A stretch of DNA of 64,000 nucleotides from Balanoglossus misakiensis. Its lineage: Eukaryota; Animalia; Hemichordata. Numbering within the stretch: position 1 is the first letter of the stretch; the number at the start of each line of letters is the position of its first letter. The stretch is from positions 5,075,374 to 5,139,373 of the forward strand of contig CM082583.2 of NCBI GenBank assembly GCA_040954595.2, written 5' to 3'. The notes beneath the pieces are model-generated. The model searched no databases. It saw nothing but the letters and a program-made list of their open reading frames with translations, and had not been told where the DNA came from. Below, piece by piece: positions 28,462-45,500 of the stretch. The position numbers and the translations under genes were made by a program.

Positions 28462-31400
28462 CCTATATAAGTTACATAGGTCTCTCATCAGTTCAGTCTA
28501 AATTAGTGCTTTTTAATTTGAAATTCCACACCTGTCTCTAGGAAAAAAGTTACGATATATTATTCCGAGATCAGAGTTATGTTCTAGCCTCGCCAACACG
28601 AGGGGTGCAAACTTGTAGTCAAACCGACCAATTTTAATTGTTGTGTGTGACTTGCATGGATGACGTCACCCAGGTAGTTCAGTTTTAGTACGCGACCGAT
28701 TTAACACCGTGCGATTTGACTATTTTTTTTTATTCTGACGGCCATCTGAGAATGGTTGGCAGATTTTTTTTCCTTGACTGAACCGCTTCTCAGAAGTTTG
28801 ACACGGTGCGGCGACCCCCGCAACCTCGGCTGACTCGAAACATTAGCAAATCCCCCGGATCGCTTGGAACAAATTCTAAACGGGAGTTCCGCGATTATTC
28901 CTTGCAGATAATTGCATGGCTATTCGCACAGGTGTGACCCCGTGGGATGTACATAAACACCTAGGCAATCGGCGCCCTCGGCTTCTTTAATTCAAGCAAT
29001 CAGCTACGCCATGTAATCACAGTCTTATCGTCAATTTTTTTCCCGCATTTTCCCCCTTCCCCCTCGTGTCGAAATTACCATTTAATCTCGCTGGATTTAG
29101 AATCGGCGGCCTTTCTTCCACTCTATTGCGCAAATCGGACTATAGGGCGATTCAACAATTGTTTCTTAGTATTTTGTTCAGAATCGATGTGTTTAATGGC
29201 CTTTCGACGTCATGTTCGCCTCGTTGATATTGTTCTTGCCATGGCAACCGACGCGGATCTCTGGTATTTCATAGTTCAAGTCGGTACATGCAGTTTTGCC
29301 CTTTGTGAAGAAAACGTTTCCCCCCGGACCTTCGAAACTGACCGCCTTGGCTCTGCGCGTGCGGGGGGGAGGGGCGCGGTTCACGCACTCGACGCGAAGG
29401 GACGGGGTCAGATAAGTTCAAATGACCCAAAGAAGCTTGTGTTTGGAATATAAAAAAAGTTGGTGACATGACACGGTGCAAGGTGGCGCGTAACCCGGGG
29501 TGAGGGTTGCGTGGCCGGTAGCATGTCCTAGGTTCACCTTTCGCTTCGCGCCCAAGCGTCCAATAGCCACCAGGAAAACAGTAACCCATACAACAACTGT
29601 ATCGTTCTGATTTAATCACTTACGCAAACACAGACAGGCTATTAACGCCCTAAAAAGCCATTACCACTTAATTGACCGTTTAGTCAACAAAACCCATTTG
29701 CGTTCTCACAATCTCGTCGGAATCGCATTACAGGACAAATAGCCGTTGCGTAACACGTTTATATTGTCAACACAGCGGATGCTTAAGTAAGCTTCAACTG
29801 TTCGGTCGGAATTTAATGGGTCTTTTCCGGTGTCGGCGTGACCCGATGAGGTCTTGTCTGAGGTCAAGTGTGCGTTGTCGAATACAAAAGTTGTGTTATT
29901 ATTGTACCGTGTTGTATGGCCACTTGTGTGCGTAACACAGGAGCCGTTCCGACCGTGACGTTTGGCCGGTGATTGGGTACACACACACACAGGCAAATGT
30001 GATGTGCACTCGCGAACTTGAGCTCCCTTCTAGAGGGCGCACTATGACAACTGGGGATCGGAAGCTTGCTTGCTAATCAAACCGGCTATATTGTATACGC
30101 ACATGTGGCGTGTAGGCTGGTGAATCACACGCGTACCCTATACCGGTAGATTCAGCAAAGTGATACAAGCCTCCACTCACTGCACTGTTCGTAGTGGTGG
30201 CTTTGTTTTTCCTCGCTATTCCCACCTCACAATGACTACAGGTACTTTAATATAAGTGGCGACATTTTACCGCGCCTGGATTTTCCCGCAATCTCGCCGA
30301 AGGACCTAAAAAGTACCCGAAGAAATTTCCGCAAACACGAAGCAATATCCGTCCCGGTTCCACCTCTACCATCATAGAGGAAATCAACAAACCTAATAAG
30401 TACTAACGGTAGGTCAACGGCTGTGATCGGCTCTTGATCTCCCCCATGCCAGAGGAGTGGCTGTTCCGGGCTCTGTTTTTTTTTACATGGAGAGCGCAGT
30501 TAGTCTGTCAAAGTACGGCTCATTCACTCGCTCACTGGCAGCGCGGCGCGCGGCACGGTGTTCACGAGTCTGAACAGCGGCCAGTTTTGACAGGACCTGC
30601 AAGGCGTACTGACACCGCGTCTGAACTCTTGTGTGAGGGGTTCATGTAGGTTTGTCTCACTATCAAGCAATCCTCTTAATGCGGGCATGTTATAGCGCTG
30701 ACACCGGGACCTTGGCAAAATGCTGCCCAAATAAAGGACAGTGATCTAGGCACCCGGCAGGGCGCGAATTCGTGTATTGGGGTCAAGGCACAAACACGGC
30801 ATTCAAGCCAGACTATCTGTATGCACGACTTGTACCCACGGGCTGGGCTCACTGCTTTGTGGACGGTGTTTACACATAAACGCGAACAATACTGTCTGCT
30901 CTTTTCAAATCGCGCCCTTTTGTCCCCGGTTCTAAGGCGATGCAAGACCCCTCAAAAGCAGGCATTTGTTTTGACTTGGCGCGGTTATGCAGAACTTTGG
31001 AAACGGTACAATGGAGAGGCCGATCTAACAGCCCGGTATCGTCTTTAAAATGCAAAGGCCGTGTCGCACGTAACTATATTGCGGCAATATCTAACCATTA
31101 ACCTAGTTGCAACTCTTCAATACAAATATAAATGAACCAAATCGTCGCGATTTAATCATCTCACATTTGTTAAACGATAACTTGCGTTTTGAAAATAAAA
31201 ACCCAATGACGTTTAAAAGTTCTAAATATTCATTTTTTTGTCGTTCGATTTCAATATATCCGGGCGGGGAGGCGATGGCTACGCTTTTCTCGTAGTAGCG
31301 TGGCGTTTGAGAGAGATAGCGCATTAATTTTTATCAGAGCTTAAGAAATCAGACACGGGTTTCTTCCGAAGTCAGTAAAAAGATACTTTACGGAGGGAGG

Positions 31401-32549
31401 ACCGCCGCTTGTTGTAGTGCCCTTATCGGTGCACATGGGGCGAATGAGTAAAGTAGTTCGAAACCTTTAGGTCGCTAGTCTCCGCCCCCATTACAATGAT
31501 TGCTCAAATGGCTTTGTTTGTGAATGTCTTGGTCCATCCATCTTGTTTGGGTCCGCCACTTGGCCCATGTTGTGTGTCATCTTATGCACTGCCTGCCACT
31601 CTGTGCCCCAGAAAAGCGTATCATTTTGCGCTACATTTTTGACAGCGAGAAAACATTTTTTTATGGGAGACTGCGAAGACACGGCGGGGCGGGGGAGAGA
31701 AATACGGGCGCATTTCACTTCAGCGCGTGGAGTTCGGCTGCTCTCGCCCGCGACCCGTGCCCCGTTCGTGACGCACAGGGGTCACTCTGGATTATTGTTA
31801 ATTTTTAAACGAGCGGGGCCTAGAATTTAACGACTAGAGACTTGATTTGTGTCACGGCAGTGACATTTACACCTTTCTTAGTCACGTTAATAAGAACGCC
31901 GAGACTCCCTCGTGGCGCGGAGGCACAGACACGTCGGGATCGTTACCCCGACACACGTTTAACACATAAACAATGACTTGCGTCCGGTAAACGTCTTGAG
32001 ATTTTCCGTAGTAAAAACAAATCACCACGGTCATCTGAGGTGACGTTTACACCGCACAGTTACATAATTACAAACACTCTGAGCGCGTTGCAGCCGCATT
32101 ACTTTTGTAGTTGAACTTTAATTACCTACATAGCTGTGCGTACACGGATGAAGTGAAAATATTTGTATCCAGCCGAGCCAGGGCTTGCTAGATATTGAAT
32201 GTCACAACCGAAAACAGCTGGAGTTTTACCCCCAAAATATGCTCGCGTCCGAGGGAACGAGCGAAATCCGGGCTGGGACGTGAAAACTGAACCGAACACA
32301 GTAGCCGGGTCTGCGAAGGCGGTCTCGGTAATTGCCGTGCATGCGATCCGACGACGGCAGCGGTGTAGATAGAACCTTGGAAGGTCGACTTGGCTAGGAA
32401 AGGGAGAAAAAAAAACTGCGCGCCAAGAAACGTTGTTTGTAGTGTTTATAAATCGAGTTGATTCAGCCAACTCGGGCCCGGCTATGATTTATCATATGTA
32501 TAAGTTATTGTCATCATCCACCCATTTCTCACACCTCGACAATGCGGTA

Positions 32550-32880
32550 ATTCCCGACCAATAAACATCGCTTGGTGGTTTGATTGGTGTCCCAGCCGCA
32601 TGACCTCTATAAAGTGGATTTCCTAAATAAACAAGGAGCGTAAGGATATATTGACAATATGGCACCGATAAGTAGAGGCAGCGGCGACCAATCAGCGAGC
32701 AGCTAGCTGCACCGAATGACAGGCCCTGACAACCCTCAAGGATCGACGCAGTCGCCTTTAATTATCAGCTTCCAATCACCCCCTTGAACCTAGCTGACAT
32801 TTCTTTCCATATAAGGCAATAATTGTCATAGAAACCCGACAGTTTCAACAAAAGAGTCAAAGTTCAGTATATACAGACAT
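32550..32880 (+). promoter_or_regulatory. Probable COUP-TF proximal promoter
   Basis: Four CCAAT/ATTGG boxes (32558, 32583, 32688, 32772), TATAAA at 32608, perfect CArG box CCATATAAGG at 32807-32816, and DR1 GAGTCA-A-AGTTCA at 32854-32866 followed by GTATATAC. Located 350-670 nt upstream of the ATG. The TSS is not determined. Confidence 0.65.
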
Positions 32881-33010
32881 TCACGCACATCCCACTTCAA
32901 AAAATTACTCCGCACTAGGGCTGAAGCCGCCTTCGGTTTTTCAGCCTTTTTGTCACAGTACTAGAGTTACATGACAGACGATCTAGGTCGCTGATTCAAG
33001 TCTTCAGAAG

Positions 33011-33971
<961 letters not shown>

Positions 33972-34493
33972 CTGTCCAGCGAGGTAGGATTCCTCCGACC
34001 CAGCCGGTGCCGGGCCAGTATGCCCTAACCGACGGCCGATTCGACGGGCACTCGTACCTTTCTGGATTTATATCGCTGCTGCTCCGTGCCGAACCATATC
34101 CGACTTCCCGATATGGAGCCCAGTGCATGCAGTCAAACATGATGGGAATCGATGGGATATGCGAGCTTGCAGCCCGTTTGTTATTCAGCGCCGTTGAATG
34201 GGCTCGCAACATTCCATTTTTTCCCGATCTCCAAGTCACCGACCAAGTAGCCCTCCTTCGTATGGTATGGAGCGAGTTGTTTGTACTGAACGCCTCGCAG
34301 TGTTCAATGCCCTTACACGTAGCGCCACTGTTAGCAGCCTCCGGCCTCCATACCAGCCCCATGTCCGCCGATCGTGTAGTTGCGTTTATGGATCATATCC
34401 GCATATTCCAAGAGCAGGTGGAAAAACTGAAGGCTCTCCATGTGGACTCCGCCGAGTACAGTTGTCTCAAGGCAATAGTACTTTTCACATCAG
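33972..34493 (+). CDS. COUP-TF: COUP-TF coding exon 2: hinge and N-terminal part of ligand-binding domain
   Basis: Acceptor cttcttgcctttctcgcag|. Reads (A)[11 protein letters not shown]...[13 protein letters not shown]...[24 protein letters not shown]...[21 protein letters not shown]. Donor CAG|GTAAGC (phase 1). Frame is continuous with exon 1. Confidence 0.97.
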
Positions 34494-38703
<4,210 letters not shown>

Positions 38704-39500
38704 GAAAACAAACCCGAACTGTAAACCTATAACACAATTGTACAAGACGTCTTTCTTGCCATAAAAATCTAAAGAGTCTTTGGTATACAAAACGGAAGAA
38801 GCACATCGTATTGACTGTCATTTTTTTTAAAACAGAGATAGAAACTATTATATTTTGGACTTGGAAACCGAATTTCCTGACAAGACGGCGTTGTTTAGTG
38901 TTGTTTCATGTTATACTCTAGACATCTTTCTGTGTATCAATGCTTTTAAGCGTTTAAGTAAAAAAAAAAGCGTTAGGTCTCATATTTTTTCTATGAAGAA
39001 TTCAAAAGAAAATGAGAAACCTATACAAGAACTTTTTTGAGATTTATGTTACCTATTGTTAATTTCATCCGAAGACAGAAACGAGTTTTTAACTGCGTTT
39101 GTTTAAAACAAGAAAAATATATATATGAAAACATAATATAGTACATGTTAGAGATAGTCGCATCCAGTGCGTGTAGGTGAAACGTGTAATTATTGAGTAC
39201 TTTTGCTGTTTTTATCTGGTTCAAAACCAGTGTCTCTCGATTGACAAACAAAAATACTTTGACTTTTTGTTTCTGATAATTTTGATATTATGTTCTATAG
39301 ATGTACAAAAAAAACTAAATATCACAAAAATAACTTACGAAACGAAGTTGTAAACAAACAAAACAAGTAAATAAATAACGAAAACAAACAAGCAAACAAG
39401 AAACAAACTCATTAACCTATCTTGTGATAGGAGCAACGGCTGAAAGCCCAGTCTGTGTGGTTTAGAGAAAAATATCAAAAAATTAAAATGATGATGATGG
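38704..39500 (+). other. Probable COUP-TF 3'UTR with candidate polyadenylation signals
   Basis: AT-rich sequence after the stop codon, with AATAAA at 39370-39375 and ATTAAA at 39482-39487. The true 3' end is uncertain. Confidence 0.5.
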
Positions 39501-42500
39501 TAATATTATTAATCTAATCTTGTTTATATATACCAAGGGTAAAGAAAATTACGATTGAATGTTGGTTTCTATGCCCAAATATGGGTGGCGTTTTGACTTG
39601 GTCTTTTCTGTGTGATTATGAAATACATACAGCCTTGCCTAGCAACCGTGTCCAAGACACACTTTTTTGGCGTAATTAAACAGATCTGTTATAAAATTTA
39701 TAACCAACTGTAGTGACTGTGATTACTTCAAGTATCTGTCGCTCCCCTCCCCTCTTCCCTTCCCCAGTCTGCCTGGTCCAGGGGGAGGAAACTGCTGGCT
39801 TTTTGGTAGAATGGCAGCCTGGCTTAATTTCTCCCCCTTTGCATTCTGTCGCTATGTCTTCTCATCTTCTTCTTCTACTACTACTTCTTTCATTGGCGTC
39901 TGCAGCTCCATCTTAGGCGCTTGGCAAAACAAACAAACAAAAACAAACAGCGCAAACTATGTAAAACTTGCACCCTGCCTTTGATGTCCTTAGCGTAAGA
40001 GGCTATTACACGTTGGCTTTGGTAACTCAAAGAGCTCTAGACATGGGCCAGTGGTTGGAAATTCGTAACCGATCACTTTCCCTTCTGCTATTGTTCCTAA
40101 ATCCCTTTCAAACAGATTTTGCCTCTTTGAGTGTTTTTTCTTTCTTTACTCCAAGGCCGTCTCGGTGCAAGGCGCGTGGGCTAAAACTGTCTTTCCCCAA
40201 ACCGATCTTTAAAAACTACAAGATTGAAGTTCATCCGATTAACATAAAAAAGTTCCCCCCTCCCTGCAGACCTCAAAATTATTTGCAAACTTAACAGTCA
40301 AGATCTCGATATTGACTAAAAACATAACTCCACTCAGTTTTGAGACCAGAAGGCCCAAGCGAGCGAGGGTGCCCAGCCTTCTCTATTTACACATTTTAGT
40401 CACGTTTTCGTGTTATTGCCGTACTGTTGGAGGAGAGAGAGCCCCTAGTCCGCTTGAATTGTATTTTGTAAGCCTTTACAAAAGTTTAGTTTGTTCCCCC
40501 TCTTTTCTGACGTCAAGCCCCGGCGATTACATGACAAGAGGCTGCAAGTTTTTTTTCGGCTGACTGGACAGTTTGACGGAGGGCCAACAAAAACACGCTG
40601 TGCCTCCGAATACAGTTACACGTCCTCCAAAAATGATGCTACCGTGACAGAACTTCGGTCTGAACTTGATACGCGTCTGACCTGCACGAGCCAAATTGCG
40701 TGTTTTAGATTTATTGCTAGTAACTTCTCTTGTGCGTACCAACTCGTAATTTAGCATTCTTTTGTTTGCTTTGCTTTCCAAAATTCACACTATATATATA
40801 TCGACAAATGTGCGAGAGCGTTACTATTCTCCATACTTTGACTCTCATTTTTTCCATGAAAGTTTGCCTTGACGTGGCTTAGCAGTCGGCATTTTGGTTT
40901 TGATGTAATTATACACTGGAATATTATGGAAATAATGTCTTGGGGGAAATCTTGTTTCCTTCGACATGCTGGGAATGCACAGGCTTTTGGGCAACGGACG
41001 AAGCTGGCAGATATAATTGACACGGGGTAGCCCGAGAGCGCTGCTAGCTAACTTTTCTCCATTCATCGAGAAACAATTAAACCTTCTTATTACGCGAGAG
41101 TTATTTGGGCAAGGTCCTCTCTCCGTGACAAGCTTGGAATGACATGCCGGCTCGGGTCACCGTTCAACCTTTGACTGGTGAAGAAGAAAAAAAAAACTAT
41201 TTGAGATTGTAAACGTGTATATACGTATGCACTGATTCGCGCGCGGACTTTAGGGTTTGAGAACCGGCGCTGATTTGTTGAGAAAAAAACCAGGTCTGCC
41301 ATTTTGCTCGCACAACGCGGTTCTTTGTAAATTACATGGAAGGGCTGGTCACCTTTGACCCGGCGTCTACACCTAGGAAGCCAGTGGACAACCTTCTGTC
41401 AGGAGTTGGTCATTCGTCAAAAATCGCAATGACTCAACGAAGCCGGGCAGAGAAGCCGAGTTCGAATCACAGCGCTACAGCGGCAGGGTAAAAAGTCAAG
41501 GCGTCGACATGGAAATGCTTTTAGAAAACCAACATCAGCCGGAACGTTTAAATGGACGGAAGAACCTTTGATTTTTTAGCTAGTTCATTTTTTTACAAGT
41601 TTTCCCTCTTAATCTCGTTTCGTGTGAAAGGAAAGGTGGCAAAAGGGAGGCCGGTATAAACTCGTCAAGAACTTCCTAATGTGATTAGACTAAACATTTT
41701 AAAAAGCAACAGCACTGATAAAGGACGTATTATACGTTATTTTATATAGCGTTGAACGACGTATTAGACGCTGTACAAAGCAGACAGGAGAAGAGAGTTA
41801 ACACGCCATCTGGCTTCGCCGTATCGCAGAGATTTGACAACATTCACTGATAGACGGAATGATTTATCATAACGTGACCGTGTAACAGCACCACGCCGGT
41901 GTTGCGTCGTGGATGCAAGAAGGGAATGCGGCCTGCTCGTCTTTTTTTTCTTACTCGAAAAGTGGAAATATCAAAGAAGAAGCCCAACAGACGACACGCT
42001 TTACCACAGCGCCGTGCTGTCAATTTGAAAATGGAAATATGGCGGCCGTCTGAAGGGAAAGCGGCACTTGGGAATTTACCTCACCGCGGTTCTGTATATT
42101 AAGGCGCAAGCAGACGCTCGTTAGCTCATCCTCTGTCGAACTGTATCCCGAACCGCTGATCTAAGAGAATATGACACATGTCTTTGTTAGGGTTAAAACT
42201 CATTACTCTGTATCGAGGAAAAAACTTTGGTTGTCATAGTTTATACTATTCAGGCAGCGCGGAGTAAACCACCAACTCTGATTCTAGCGCGCTCCCCCTA
42301 CACGCATGACTTGGTTAAATTGCGCTTGTTCGGAAGCATGCGAGTAAAATAGCACGGCTGAGGTCCGTGTACATTAACGTCGGCTCATTTCGGTGTTTGT
42401 GGTTTTCGAAACCAATTCGGTGCTTGCGCTTTTGCAAAGGGCTTAATTTAATCTGTGTCTGGAAGCATGCTCGATTCCGCGATCTGATAATCGTTTGGCG

Positions 42501-45500
42501 GATATCGTTGGAAAGTGGATGCGCAGGCCCACATGGTTTATAGTGTGCCACTGTCGCTGTATGACAAATTAGAAACCCGGGAGTCAAGATGGCGGATATC
42601 GAATGCGGTATGATTCTTCCATCAAGCCCTAATTCGGTAGAAACCGCAGGACTCGGCGGCCCAAAGGAATGATACTTACCCGCTTAAGTTTATTAAATCG
42701 TCCACCTCTCTCTACCCATTTGCACTAAAAATGGCCGCAGTACTACGACTTTTCCCGCCGCCGCCGCCATGCTGACGTTTGACGTTTGCATTTGTTCTGT
42801 CATACGAACCAAGGAAGCGCGCGCGTTTTTTTTTGCCATAGCAGACGAAAACAAACAAATGTACGGATTTATTTTCTCTTGGATAGACGATTTTGCGATG
42901 AATTTTGGCACAATCAATACTAGGTATTACCTTACTGAATACAATTTCCCATAGGTCAGCCAAAGAGGTCTGCTAGGAAGGCACGCATTTCTCGTGGAGT
43001 TTTAGGTTACACAACCACAAGCCATGCCCCCTACATATTGATGTACTGTTTTGAAAAGTATAATTATCCCAGAACAAAAAAATCAGGGTACACCATTTTT
43101 TTTACCTGCCTTCTGTCGTATGGACGCGAGTTACTATAAATTGAAGCAATATATTTAAAACGTTTATGGGACCATACGGTATTTTCCCTGTGACGGACGC
43201 GTAGTATTTTCAGTGCTGGTTCCGGCTGCAGTTCGGTGGATGTGCTGGTCCCGCGGAAAATGACGTTAAATTGGTATTCGACATAACGACGGTTTCTTGG
43301 TTACAAGAGAGAGGGGGGAGTGTGTGTGTGGGGGGGGGGGGGGAGGGGGTGCGCGCGTGTGTATGCGTGTGTGAAAGGGGTATTTCATCTCGGAGGACGC
43401 TGTCAGATACGGTAGAATTTTGCACGTGGTTTGAGATGACCTCACAAGCATGCAGGTAAACAAAGTTCGAGTGCGGGGATGCAAGGATGGCCTCTTGATC
43501 CCTCAGAGACAAAGAATTGAAAAAAAAAAACACATGAAAAAAAACAACAAAACTGGCGAGGTGATGTTCGGGGAAACATTATACCGGTCAGGGAACGGCA
43601 GTGTTAATTCACGCTAGCCAGTGATAAGTACCCAATATAGCGATATTGATATGCAAAATGAGAGAAATAACACTGTCTTGTGTCAAAGGTTTCTGATTGT
43701 TTGATTTATTTTTAGAAGAACCCCATTAAACTGTGTCTAATTGGACCTTGAACGTGATCTTTGCGCTGAAAATACGATTTCTGACAAATTTGTGGCACAA
43801 TTTCCACAATGAAAACGACCAGATGCCGTTGCGGGAGAACTGGTCCATTAAAGTGTTATTTCTTCTTTTCCGACTCGCCGTTTTTTTGTCTCATTCACGG
43901 GAGTGCCGTGAATGCACGAACTGTGGTCCCAGCCTGCATTATGTATACCCCCTTAAAGCAAAAGAACAAAAGTAGCGAATGGCCTCGTGGCCGGTAACAT
44001 ACAAAAGTTCACGGCATTTGATCACAGGGGCCAACCCCGGCACAATGACAATGCAAATAAAACGAAGTGCATGTTTCGAAAATCTTTTTAAAAGCGGCTG
44101 GGCTCAGCGATAGCCCGGCTTCTTCTAACAAACACACTCCCGCCGAAATCTGCTCCGTTAAATCACCCCTCAATTTATCATTCGCGCTCTAATCGCCGCG
44201 CCAACTGTTACTTTGACGGCGGGCCAGGAACGCGCGCTCTGCCTGCATTCGCTTCTCCATCTCTAGAAACAAGAGCGCGACTTGGAAAAAAAATATAATA
44301 GCGATTCGCGTCTGACAGCTTTCTACTACAAGCACACATGCAAAGCACATCCCCGTTTCTATTGTGAAGCAACGCAGATCATAATTCCCATTTTTCCTAT
44401 TAATCAATTTGTGGTTTCGCTAATTAGGCTCAAATATGTCTCCGCAAACAAGAAATACGGGGCTTAACCAGATTCGTAACCGCAAACGTCGCGTCGCCGG
44501 GTCCGTATAGCGTTGGAAAAAAAACCCACGACGATCGCATGCTATAATCAGCGAGAGGAAGACTTGAACCGGCGTGCAGTCTGACAGAACCATAAAGGTA
44601 ATAGGCAGAAAAAATGACTATGAGCGCATATGTGATTTTATCATTTATGACAAGCAGGAAGTTACAAATTGTAGTCTGCATTATACGAAGCCAGTGTTTG
44701 GCACAAATGAACAATTCGGACGTCATCTCTGCTGTATTTCGTTGTTTCAAAAATGTACAAGAAACACGTAGTAATGTTCTCTGGAAATTGGCGGCACTGA
44801 TAGGCACGATTTCTCGAAAATGAGCCATTTTTTTTCTCTCTCTCAAAAAGTCACCAGGCACAGGAAATTGTGAGTTTAGATAATTATTCTGAATGACAAT
44901 GAGGAATGTTTTGACATCTTCGATATCCATTTTCAGTTGTTTTTGTTTAGCTCAGCTGAAGCGGAAACTCGAAGCTTTCTGTCAAACGTTAACGCATCAA
45001 CATAAATTGAAGTTGCTCGCGCTCAAATGACCGTGCGACCTTAGACATTTTTCGCCGGGGTAAAGCCGTTCGTTCGTTTGTTTGTTTTTTCAAAACTGAC
45101 CGTTTACGTTTTGTTTTGTCGCGGTGGTATCGTGGTTGGCGATGTTGACAGTCGCCGTACAGACTAATAGATTTCGAATTAGGGTGCCTATCACGCCGTA
45201 GATTAGTATCGTGTCGTTGGATCAAAATCTCGTAAAACGCGTGACAGTTGAAGGATGGGCATTAGGGCTACCTGTCCCCCTAAAATATGTGACTCAACTC
45301 GCCTTCACAGATCGTTAGAGAGCGCAGAAATGGCCGAGACAGTGCGGTCGAGGTGCGCTTTACACTCGAATTGTAAACGTCGGTGGCGACAGTCATGCAG
45401 ATTTCAACCACTAATGACAGTGATCGAAGTCGGGGGAGTCTTTTTATTATTCGTGCCCAGCGTAAACGTTTCCAGAAAATGACTCCAGCAGACAAATCAG

